From NCBI GenBank assembly GCA_965206845.1, contig OZ242221.1:1408001-1472000 (forward strand): a stretch of DNA of 64,000 nucleotides, read 5' to 3'. A program made the position numbers and the translations under genes. Under the pieces are notes generated by a model. It was not told where the DNA came from. It was given only the letters and a program-made list of their open reading frames with translations, and ran no database searches. Below, piece by piece: positions 30,827 through 39,413 of the stretch. The DNA comes from Cenarchaeum sp. Its GTDB lineage: Archaea > Thermoproteota > Nitrososphaeria > Nitrososphaerales > Nitrosopumilaceae. The stretch's first letter is position 1, and each line of letters begins with the position of its first letter.

Positions 30827-30970
30827 ATGGTTCAAGCATACTGTGTAAAGTGCAGAGATAAGAGAGACATAAAAAGTCCTGAGCAGACGACGCTGAAGAA
30901 CGGCCGTCCTGCAGTAAAGGGCACATGCCCCAAATGTGGGACTAAAGTCTTCCGAATCGGAAGCATGTAG
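30827..30970 (+). CDS. 47-aa zinc-ribbon protein (DUF5679-like, not in ORF track)
   Basis: MVQAYCVKCRDKRDIKSPEQTTLKNGRPAVKGTCPKCGTKVFRIGSM with two CxxC pairs. Confidence 0.88.
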   Translation: MVQAYCVKCRDKRDIKSPEQTTLKNGRPAVKGTCPKCGTKVFRIGSM

Positions 30971-31030
30971 AGGGGCTTCTACACATATTTTTTAAAAAAC
31001 CCATATAGGGTATTTTTCTACTATTTTTAG

Positions 31031-31453
31031 TTGAGCAAAACAGAGTATGAAAAGCTGCTAAACCGCATCAGGGAACACCTCTCTGAGGACGGGCAGCAGG
31101 ATCAGTCCAGGTTTGAGATTCCTGTGGTGGACGTGATGTGGGAGGGCCAGAAGACGTTCCTGCGCAACTTTGCCGAGTTTCCCAAGATCCTGCGGCGGGA
31201 TCCCGAGAAGGTCCTGCAGTACCTCTCCAAGGAGTTTGCAGTGCCTGCAGAGAGGATCGGCGACAAGGCCATGTTCATCGGCAAGAGGGATCCGCAGGAC
31301 TTTACTCGACTGTTCCGGATATACCTCAAGGACTATGTCGAGTGCCCCACCTGCAAGAGCCCGGACACCAGGGTCGTAAAGGAGAATCGCATCCCGTTTC
31401 TCATATGCGAGGCATGCGGGGCCAAGTCCACGATAAAAGGCAAGTACGCATAA
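31031..31453 (+). CDS. eif2b: Translation initiation factor 2 subunit beta
   Basis: YEKLL.R, RFEIP and CPTCKSPDT..CEACGA zinc ribbon. Confidence 0.95.
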   Translation: MSKTEYEKLLNRIREHLSEDGQQDQSRFEIPVVDVMWEGQKTFLRNFAEFPKILRRDPEKVLQYLSKEFAVPAERIGDKAMFIGKRDPQDFTRLFRIYLKDYVECPTCKSPDTRVVKENRIPFLICEACGAKSTIKGKYA

Positions 31454-31746
31454 TGTTCTCCGTCCGCGTTGTGAGGCACCAGCAGATCTCGATGCTCAAC
31501 ATATGTGATGCGGATCTGCTGGGACAGGATCTTGACCAGGACGGCCTGCGGATCAGCATCAGTCGCAGCTACTATGGCCAGAGGCTTGTGGATGCAGAGG
31601 AGGCAGGGCGGCTACTCAGGGAGTCTGCAGTGATCAACATTGCGGGAAGGGAGTCGGTCCGGCTCTCCACGGGTCTGGACATAGGCTCCCTGAATGACGT
31701 GAAGACCGTCAAGGATGTGCCGTTTCTTATCGTCTTCAAGATGTAG
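31453..31746 (+). CDS. DUF424 family protein
   Basis: MLNICDADLLG..YYG..INIAG..SV; ATG overlaps the eif2b stop. Confidence 0.85.
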   Translation: MFSVRVVRHQQISMLNICDADLLGQDLDQDGLRISISRSYYGQRLVDAEEAGRLLRESAVINIAGRESVRLSTGLDIGSLNDVKTVKDVPFLIVFKM

Positions 31747-31939
31747 GCTTTCGGATCGGAGGCTCGGTTGTGTGTTGTTTTGTGGGAATTAATCTTATGT
31801 GCGCCGATCAAAGCATTCAGAAAATAGCAGCTGTGAGACTGCTACTCCTAGGATCGGCCGTCAGGAAGGGGACAAACCCGGGAGGACGCGACAGGGGAAG
31901 AATGTAAACAAAATCATTACCTACCGCAAAAGGAAGGGC

Positions 31940-32040
31940 ATGATCTATGTGGGGATCGATCTGCACAAGAAGACTGCCCAGATAGCGGCGATGGATGAGC
32001 ACGGAAAGGTTCTCACGAATAGGAGGATTCCGCATACGTG
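31940..32040 (+). pseudogene. IS110-family transposase N-terminal fragment
   Basis: MIYVGIDLHKKTAQIAAMDEHGKVL is the DEDD start motif; similarity is lost after about 33 codons. Confidence 0.8.
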
Positions 32041-32389
32041 TAGTCGAGGCCAAAGTGTTTCGCTAATTTACCATCTGAATTTTTAGATGCCTGTGTCCAT
32101 TAGCCGAAAGATTTTGATCCGGGAGGCCTGCTCAGCCGTCTGGCCCGCTGGGCTGGAGCAAAAACCCGTCTGCATGCGCAGACCCGTGCTAGGATGAGTG
32201 CAAATCCGGCCTGGCACAGGCCGGCGATCCCGGTCTGAACGGACGGCGCGCCGAAGACGGTGGATGGCAGCGTAAGGCGGACAGAAGAGGCATCTCTAGC
32301 CTCCTGTCGTGCGTGGGCGCGTCTGTGCAGCCAACTCTGTTTCCTAATTATGCGGCACACAGACACCCGCCTGTGCGACTCTGTCTACG

Positions 32390-33568
32390 TCACTGCCTCC
32401 CCTCCTGTCTTGCTGTCTTCGGGGCCGGTTTTACAGACGGATACACCACCCTTGGCGTGCCATACCCGTTGTCGATTGCCGTGTCAATCAGGTGGTTGTA
32501 CAGCCACACCTTGCCGTATATCTCGGTCTTGACGTTCTCCCACTTTCGTGCGTTCACGCACTCACCGAGGACCCGTTTGAATGTGGAGAAGGCGATCTCG
32601 ACTGCCCACCTGTCGTTGTATCCTGACTCTTTCCGCCATGCCTTCTGGAGCTCCCTCTTTTGCTCGCGCGTAAGATCTGCAAACCCTTGCTCTGTCTTCT
32701 TGTCTATGTGGTCAAAACCGCCAAGCTGCCTGAATCCTGCCTCCTTGCGGGGCATGCACCCGTTTGCGTTTCCGGCAAAATCAATGCGGACGGGAATCAA
32801 CGGGTTGGTTCCGCGCTCGTTGCAGTAGCTGCGGATATTCTTGGTATCGTACGCACCGTCAGCTGCGATTCCGGTGTCTGCGGACGTACCCACGTTTGGC
32901 GATTTTTCCGCATTTGCAAAAGCCTGCCCTACCAGCTCCTCAAACTGTGGGGAGTCTCCGCACTTGTCGTCAGTTATGACCACGGCATAGATCTTCTTGG
33001 TCCTAGTGTCTACGCCCACGTGCAGCTTTATGAATCCGCGCCTCGTGCCCCACTTTTCTGTCATCCAGTCACCGCGGTTTGTAGGCTTGAGCCCGGTGGA
33101 GTCAAAGGCAAACAGGCTTATCTCGGTTCTCGTGCTGCCGTCTGAGAACCATGCGGCAGCCGTATTGCCACTGCCTTTCTCATCAAAAGTGCAGTCAAGT
33201 TTTGTCATCCTCTTCTGGAATGCCGAGTATGTGGGTGCGTTTACCTTGCCGACGATTGCCTCTGCCAGGCCCTGCAGCTGCCTGTACTTTATGCCCGTGG
33301 CGTTTCTGAACAGGGATGCTGCCGCAAAGCATGCGTTTGAAAAGCCAAACGGACGGCCGACCTTTCCATGATTTAGCTCCTCCAGGCCCTGTTTTAGGAT
33401 CGCCATGCTTATCTGAAGCACGTACAGCTGGCCACGGTCTATGTACTTGCGGTCATCGTACTGGAATCTGCATTTTTTCGGATTGAAAGATTTTTTAGTA
33501 TTATGTGGGTCGGATGTATTCGGAGAGGAGGTGTTTGTGGTCATGTTTGGTATCCTGACTACCGGCAC
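32390..33568 (-). mobile_element. IS5-family transposase, apparently intact; element ends not resolved
   Basis: FDSTGLK, FIKLHVGVD, ADGAYD and RWAVEIAFSTFKR DDE motifs. Confidence 0.9.
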
Positions 33569-33751
33569 GCCTCTCTGATCAATATGGCTTCTTGTTGAAA
33601 ATGCCTGATGTGAAGCTCAAATTCAGTTGGCTTGCCTAGTCTGGCCTGATTTTGGAGCCACTAGGCGTGACTGGAAATAATTAGGAAACAGAGTTGTGCA
33701 GCCGAAGACAATACAAAAGAACCTTATATGTAAAAAACTTGCAAGCCTGCT

Positions 33752-34063
33752 ATGGGAAAGCGCAAGGTTCTCAACGAGAGCGAGCTGAAGGAGATCAGGC
33801 TGCCCGAGGAGGGCGAGCTCTTGGGCCGTGTGATGAAGCTCCTTGGAAGCGATCAGGTTCTGGTAAAATGCTCCGACGATATTACGAGACGTGGAAGAAT
33901 ACGCGGAAAGCTGAAGCGAAGAATCTGGATCCGGGACAACGACATTGTGATTATTGCCCCCTGGGACTTTAAAGAGAAGGAGCGCGGCGACATCGTGTGG
34001 CGCTTTACTCTGCCTCAGGTGGACTGGCTCAAGAACAACGGACACCTGGCACGCGACCTTTAG
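33752..34063 (+). CDS. eif1a: Translation initiation factor 1A
   Basis: RGRIRGKLKRRIWIRDNDIVIIAPWD motif. Confidence 0.96.
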   Translation: MGKRKVLNESELKEIRLPEEGELLGRVMKLLGSDQVLVKCSDDITRRGRIRGKLKRRIWIRDNDIVIIAPWDFKEKERGDIVWRFTLPQVDWLKNNGHLARDL

Positions 34064-34074
34064 CATCCGGTGAA

Positions 34075-34854
34075 ATGTCTGACGATCTGAGCAAAAAGCT
34101 GGAATCCAAGATAGACTCCGAGCTGAGGGCAAAATCAAGCCGTGGCGGACTGGAGGACGGCTTCAAAAAGAACAAGGTGATGAACGAGGTTCTGGACAAG
34201 CCTGCCATGCTCACCATATATGGCATGATAAACGCGCACATCATATCCTACGTAAACGGTGTGGTGAGCGCCGGCAAGGAGTCTGTCGTGTTCTGGGCCG
34301 TTGACGGTGACGGGTGCGATGTGGCCCTCAAGGTGTACTTGGTGACCGCCTCAAACTTCAAGCGGCGCTGGCCCTACATACTGGGGGATCCCAGATTCGG
34401 CAGGATAAGGAGCGGCACCAGAAACCTGATAAAGCTGTGGGCGCGAAAAGAGTACCGGAACATGCTGCAGTGCTTTGAGGCCGGCATTCCGGTGCCAAGG
34501 CCCATCCACGTATCTGGTAGCGTGCTGGCCATGAGCTTTGTGGGCGACGGCGGAAGCCCGGCCAGGACGCTGCAGACCTCGGAGGTGGATGCGGCAGACT
34601 ACGACATGGCGTTCTCCATCATGTCACAGATGTATCACGGTGCCAGGCTGGTGCACGGAGACTACTCCGGGTACAACATCTTCAAGACTGACGGCGGCCT
34701 TGTGGCATTTGACCTGGGGTCTGCAGTGGATGTGCGACACGCCAGCGCAGATGTGCTGCTCAGACGGGACATCGACAACATGACCAGATTCTTTGTGAGA
34801 AAAGGACTGACGGTGCCGGATCCCGAGGACGCGTACCGGGAGATAAGGGGATGA
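34075..34854 (+). CDS. rio1: RIO1-family Ser/Thr kinase
   Basis: SAGKESVVF, VALKVY, LVHGDYSGYNI and FDLGSAV motifs; conserved context. Confidence 0.9.
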   Translation: MSDDLSKKLESKIDSELRAKSSRGGLEDGFKKNKVMNEVLDKPAMLTIYGMINAHIISYVNGVVSAGKESVVFWAVDGDGCDVALKVYLVTASNFKRRWPYILGDPRFGRIRSGTRNLIKLWARKEYRNMLQCFEAGIPVPRPIHVSGSVLAMSFVGDGGSPARTLQTSEVDAADYDMAFSIMSQMYHGARLVHGDYSGYNIFKTDGGLVAFDLGSAVDVRHASADVLLRRDIDNMTRFFVRKGLTVPDPEDAYREIRG

Positions 34855-35420
34855 TCTTTGAGAAGACCATCCGGGTGCCGACGGATCGCGTAGGCGTGAT
34901 CATAGGCAGATCCGGCAGGACCAAGTCCGAGATAGAGCGGGCCTGTACGGTGTGTATAGGGGTAGACAGCAAGTCCGGCGAGATCAAGATAAGCGCCAGC
35001 GGCGATGTGGAGCGCATGCAGCCCTTCAAGGCGGCGGAGATCGTCTCTGCCATGGGCCGCGGTTTTTCACCCTCCAGGGCCATGAAGCTGCTGGAAGGTG
35101 AGAACGCCCTGTACGTCATAGACCTACGGGAGTTTGCCGGCAGATCCCCTGCCCAGATTGAAAGAATAAAAGGTAGACTCATAGGGGAAGGTGGCAAGGC
35201 AAGAAGAAACATGGAACGTCTCTCTGATACACTGATCTCAGTATACGGCAGGACGGTCTCGATTATAGGCGAGGCCGGCAGGCTCAAGATAGCGGTGGAT
35301 GCAGTGACACTGCTGTGCAACGGAAGGATGCACGGCGCCGTATACGGCAGGCTCGAGTCCGTCCGGCGCCGGGACAAGATGGAGAGGGCAAAGCTGTGGG
35401 AGGGGCAGAATGTCTTCTAA
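34851..35420 (+). CDS. KH-domain RNA-processing protein (Dim2/Pno1)
   Basis: VIIGRSG, GRGFSP, RIKGRLIGEGG and HGAVY motifs. Confidence 0.92.
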   Translation: MIFEKTIRVPTDRVGVIIGRSGRTKSEIERACTVCIGVDSKSGEIKISASGDVERMQPFKAAEIVSAMGRGFSPSRAMKLLEGENALYVIDLREFAGRSPAQIERIKGRLIGEGGKARRNMERLSDTLISVYGRTVSIIGEAGRLKIAVDAVTLLCNGRMHGAVYGRLESVRRRDKMERAKLWEGQNVF

Positions 35421-37245
35421 GGAAAAGTTCAACCAGATATCCCCCAGTGAGTTCTTCTACCGGAACAGGGATCTTGCCGGATTTAGCAACCCCACGCGTT
35501 CCCTGTACACGGCCGTCCGTGAGTTCATGGAGAACGGCCTTGACGCGTGCGACCAGGGAGGAGTCCTGCCCAGCATACACCTGTCAATAAAGGCAGTCGA
35601 GCCGGAAAAACCGGATCCAAAGCCGTACATACTCACGGTGAAGGACAACGGCCCAGGTGTGGACTCGCAGCACATTCCGCTGGCGTTTGGGACTGTCTTG
35701 TACGGATCCAAGTTCGGCCTCAAGCAGGCCCGCGGCATGTTCGGTCTGGGAGCCACCATGGCAATACTGTACGGCCAGATCACGACCAACCGCCCGGTCT
35801 CCGTCAAGAGCTCCACTGACGGGGAGATCAGGCACGACTACGAGATGCTTCTGGACATACAGAGGAACAAGCCCGTGATCCTCAAGCACACGACGGAGAA
35901 GATCGCCAAGTCCGGCCTATCTGTGAGCATATGCTTGGAGGGGGACTACTCCAAGGCGGGCTCCCGCATACGGGACTATGTCTACCAGACATCGCTGATC
36001 ACCCCGTACGCCACAATCTCGTTTGACGATCCCCGGGATCAAAAGTTCCGGTACACGAGGTTGATCAAGTCGATGCCGACCCCGCCCACCGTGATCAACC
36101 CGCACCCCTACGGCGTGGACGTTGAGACCATCCGGAGGATGATGACCGATGCGGTCTTTGAGATCCCCACGGTGGACGACAAGATGATCGAGAAGGTGAA
36201 GAGGGATCTCGTCATCAGGGGCAACGCATCGGTGGAGGGCATGCTCAAGAGGGTTGCCAAAAAGTGGAAGTCGCTAAACAGGCAGGTCCGGCTGGTGGGG
36301 GCCCTGATGTTCTTCACCGGGCTTGATCTGAAGCAGCTCTCCAAGATACGGATAGATGATGTGGATGTGGCAAACAACCGGCTGACGTACTGGGACTTTG
36401 GCATGTCAGACTCTGTCACGGTGCAGCTTGACCCTTCAAGCGTATACTACAGGCAGATTGCAAATACTGTCATGGGTGAGACCCTGACCACGTTTCTGGT
36501 AAGGAGGTTCCAGCGGGTGGGGCGCACCACCGCAGAGAAGTTTGCCCGTTTTGCAGGGTTCAAGCCGGAGAAGCGGCTGGGCTCGATGACAAACCAGGAG
36601 CTGGTCAAGCTCAGCGACGCACTGCAAAATTTCGGCGAGTTCATGCCCCCGGACTCGAAGTGTCTTGCCCCCCTGGGTGAGGAGCCGCTGAAGGCAGGAA
36701 TCAAAAAGTTCTTCAACTCTGACTTTTCTGCCGTGGTACGGAGACCGGCATCTGCATACTCGGGATTTCCATTCGTGGTGGAGATGGGCGTGGCCTACGG
36801 CGGCAGCATCCATTCGGGCGGCATCAGGGTGTTCCGGTTTGCCAACAGGATACCGCTCCTCTACGACGAGGGCAGCGACGTGGTGGTGAAGGTGATAAAC
36901 GAGATTGACTGGAACCGGTACAAGATCAAGGATTCCAGCTCCCCGATGGTAATAGTCTCACATATCTGCTCCACACGTATTCCGTACAAGACGGTGGGCA
37001 AGGAGAACGTGGCAGACCGGCAGGAGATCGAACGGGAGCTCCGGCTGGCCCTGCAGTTCCTTTCAAGAAAGCTGTCATCGTACATGTCGCGGAGGGGCCA
37101 GGCAGAGGCTGCAAAGAAGAGGGCAAACCTGTATGCAAAGTACATTCCGCTCATAGCTCAGTTCAGCACAGAGCTTGCCGGGAAGGGCAGGGAGCCTGAC
37201 TACAAAAAGGTGCTTGAGGAGACCATGGTTGTCAAAGAAGAGTAG
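35410..37245 (+). CDS. top6B: DNA topoisomerase VI subunit B
   Basis: EFMENGLDA, DNGPG and RGMFGLG GHKL motifs; RFANRIPLLY. Confidence 0.97.
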   Translation: MSSKEKFNQISPSEFFYRNRDLAGFSNPTRSLYTAVREFMENGLDACDQGGVLPSIHLSIKAVEPEKPDPKPYILTVKDNGPGVDSQHIPLAFGTVLYGSKFGLKQARGMFGLGATMAILYGQITTNRPVSVKSSTDGEIRHDYEMLLDIQRNKPVILKHTTEKIAKSGLSVSICLEGDYSKAGSRIRDYVYQTSLITPYATISFDDPRDQKFRYTRLIKSMPTPPTVINPHPYGVDVETIRRMMTDAVFEIPTVDDKMIEKVKRDLVIRGNASVEGMLKRVAKKWKSLNRQVRLVGALMFFTGLDLKQLSKIRIDDVDVANNRLTYWDFGMSDSVTVQLDPSSVYYRQIANTVMGETLTTFLVRRFQRVGRTTAEKFARFAGFKPEKRLGSMTNQELVKLSDALQNFGEFMPPDSKCLAPLGEEPLKAGIKKFFNSDFSAVVRRPASAYSGFPFVVEMGVAYGGSIHSGGIRVFRFANRIPLLYDEGSDVVVKVINEIDWNRYKIKDSSSPMVIVSHICSTRIPYKTVGKENVADRQEIERELRLALQFLSRKLSSYMSRRGQAEAAKKRANLYAKYIPLIAQFSTELAGKGREPDYKKVLEETMVVKEE

Positions 37246-38623
37246 GGCCGGTACGACAGAGCCTAGTGCCAGGAGCAGGAAGGCCCGGGCAAAGCCCAAG
37301 ACCGCCGCAAGGCGGGGCGGCAAGGTGCCGGCAGACCAGGCCACCTTGACGCCGGACAGAAAGCCGGCAGGGTCCAAGACCGCCGCAAGGCAGGATGGCA
37401 AGAAGATCCGGGCAAAACCCAAGACCGCCGCAAGGCGGGGCGGCAAGGTGTCGGCAGACCGGACGATCCCGGCGCCGGACAGAAAGTCGGCAAGACCCAA
37501 GGTTGCCGCAGGAAGAAAGGCGACAGCCGCAAAGCAGAGCAGGGAGAAGAAGACAGTCGTCAAGCAGAAGGCCCTGCTGCAGTCCCTTGCAACACTGGGC
37601 TCGGACATATATAACGATCTTGATCGCGGCAGATTTCCAAAGTTCTCGGTGCCCAGCAGATCCGTCAAGAACATAGTGTACGATCAAAGGCTCCGCCAAT
37701 ACATACTGGGAGACAACAGCTCCGTTCGAAGCTCCCGTAACACGTCCCAGCTGCGCTCGTTTACCCAGCTGATGTGGCTGGCGTTCTTTGCCAACAGGCT
37801 GTCCCAGGCGAAAAAGTCGTCCACCCTGAGGGATGTCTACTACTCTTCCCAGGCGTTTGCCATAGACTTTAAGAACCAGTCCGAGTCCGACAGCATAATC
37901 GTGGATCTCGAGGCAGTCATCACCAAGCCCCGGGAGGACTTTCACGTATTTCCGGAGGAGCGGAGCGCCATCTTCGGCGATCTGGACATCGAGTACACGG
38001 TGCCCGGCTACGAGGGCAAGAGGATGAACCTCTCAAACCACCCAGACGGGTACGCCATCGGGCCCAGCCTTACCACTGCGGAGCTGGTGGACTCGAGCGC
38101 GGAGGTCATCATTGCCATAGAGAAGGGTGGGCTCTTTACCCGCTTTGTGGAGGAGCAGGTGGACAAAAAATTCAAGGCCATAATAGTGGACACCGGCGGG
38201 CAGGCACCGCGCTCAACCAGGACGCTCCTACGGAGGCTGCACGACGAGCTCTCGCTGCCTGTAGTAATTCTGACCGACGGCGACGTGTACGGCGAGCACA
38301 TCGCGATGGTGATCAAGTCAGGCTCGGCAAACGCGGCGCACCTGCGCGAGCTTACGGTTCCAGATGCCAAGTGGGTCGGCGTGTGGGCTTCAGACATTGA
38401 CAAGTACAAGCTTCCGACCATTCCGATGACAGTCACAGACATCAAGCGGTGCCACGACCTGCTCAAGGATCCACGGTACCAGGAGGGCCTGTGGAAGAAG
38501 GAGCTTGACATATTCCTGAAGATAAAGAAGAAGGCCGAGCTGGAGGCGTTCTCAAAGTATGGGCTGACAAACATTACCGACAAGTACCTGCCGGCTAAGC
38601 TGGAGATGGCAAAGAGCCTCTAG
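37229..38623 (+). CDS. top6A: DNA topoisomerase VI subunit A with long basic N-terminal extension
   Basis: STLRDVYY catalytic Tyr, IEK and TDGDVYG TOPRIM motifs; probable TTG start at 37229 overlapping top6B. Confidence 0.95.
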   Translation: MSKKSRAGTTEPSARSRKARAKPKTAARRGGKVPADQATLTPDRKPAGSKTAARQDGKKIRAKPKTAARRGGKVSADRTIPAPDRKSARPKVAAGRKATAAKQSREKKTVVKQKALLQSLATLGSDIYNDLDRGRFPKFSVPSRSVKNIVYDQRLRQYILGDNSSVRSSRNTSQLRSFTQLMWLAFFANRLSQAKKSSTLRDVYYSSQAFAIDFKNQSESDSIIVDLEAVITKPREDFHVFPEERSAIFGDLDIEYTVPGYEGKRMNLSNHPDGYAIGPSLTTAELVDSSAEVIIAIEKGGLFTRFVEEQVDKKFKAIIVDTGGQAPRSTRTLLRRLHDELSLPVVILTDGDVYGEHIAMVIKSGSANAAHLRELTVPDAKWVGVWASDIDKYKLPTIPMTVTDIKRCHDLLKDPRYQEGLWKKELDIFLKIKKKAELEAFSKYGLTNITDKYLPAKLEMAKSL

Positions 38624-38699
38624 ATTGCAGGTTGTACGCACAGCCGGGCCTGCCATCGGGTCATTTTGTGCCGTGCACACACCCCTGACGGATCTGGAA

Positions 38700-39164
38700 C
38701 TATAATGACTCTTTTATCCGCAGGGTAAGCACGCCGTTCCTGTACTTGAAATCGACCACCTGCATGTTGTCCGATCCCTCGATGGGGATCTCCCTCACAA
38801 ATCCGCCGCTGCCGCGTATGTGCAGCGTGCCGTTTACGAGCCTGACTGCGATTCTGTCCTCCGGTCCAGGAACCTCGGCCACAAAGGTGAACTCGTCGTA
38901 CCCCTTGATGAGATCGTATATCCAGTTCTTGGTCTCCTGCTCCCTGGCGGTGTACTTTGGCTTCTGCTCCCTTGCCAACTTTTTGAGCACCCTGGCCCAG
39001 TAAAACATGGTGACGGCCGCGGCTCCCACCAGAATAAAGCTGACATAGTTCGAGTCTGCCCTCTGGGACATGACGTACACAACGATCAGAAACAGGATTA
39101 TCACTATGGGAATCACAAAGTTTAGCGACTGCTCATTTGAGTATGTGCCCTTGTAGGTTGACAA
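38700..39164 (-). CDS. Membrane-anchored Hsp20/alpha-crystallin domain protein
   Basis: Two N-terminal TM helices; VAEVPG and YRNGVLTLRI motifs. Confidence 0.85.
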   Translation of the reverse strand: MSTYKGTYSNEQSLNFVIPIVIILFLIVVYVMSQRADSNYVSFILVGAAAVTMFYWARVLKKLAREQKPKYTAREQETKNWIYDLIKGYDEFTFVAEVPGPEDRIAVRLVNGTLHIRGSGGFVREIPIEGSDNMQVVDFKYRNGVLTLRIKESL

Positions 39165-39413
39165 TTACACTTGAATGCATTCACTCCAAATATAACGTTA
39201 TGCGATAGGACAAATGAATGCGCTGAGAGCGGCCTAGCCTCTTGCCGACTGCCCAGAGTCGCGATGGTACCATCCCACCAACCATCCATGGGGGGCGGTA
39301 CTGTACCCATTGCTGTTAAAATGTCGCATATGGCTTTTACAGCCGTTTTGATCGGTATATTTATCAAGACCATGCGGATAAACGCATCGATGCACCGCGG
39401 GCTTGCCCAAACC

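Noticed and set aside
31850-31890. SRP RNA-like GGAAGG segment
   Set aside because: Does not match the helix 8 consensus; better explained as IS110 flank
32041-33663. TAGTCGAGGCCAAA and TTTGGAGCCACTA as TIRs of the first IS5
   Set aside because: Weak match and no target duplication, so boundaries were left unresolved
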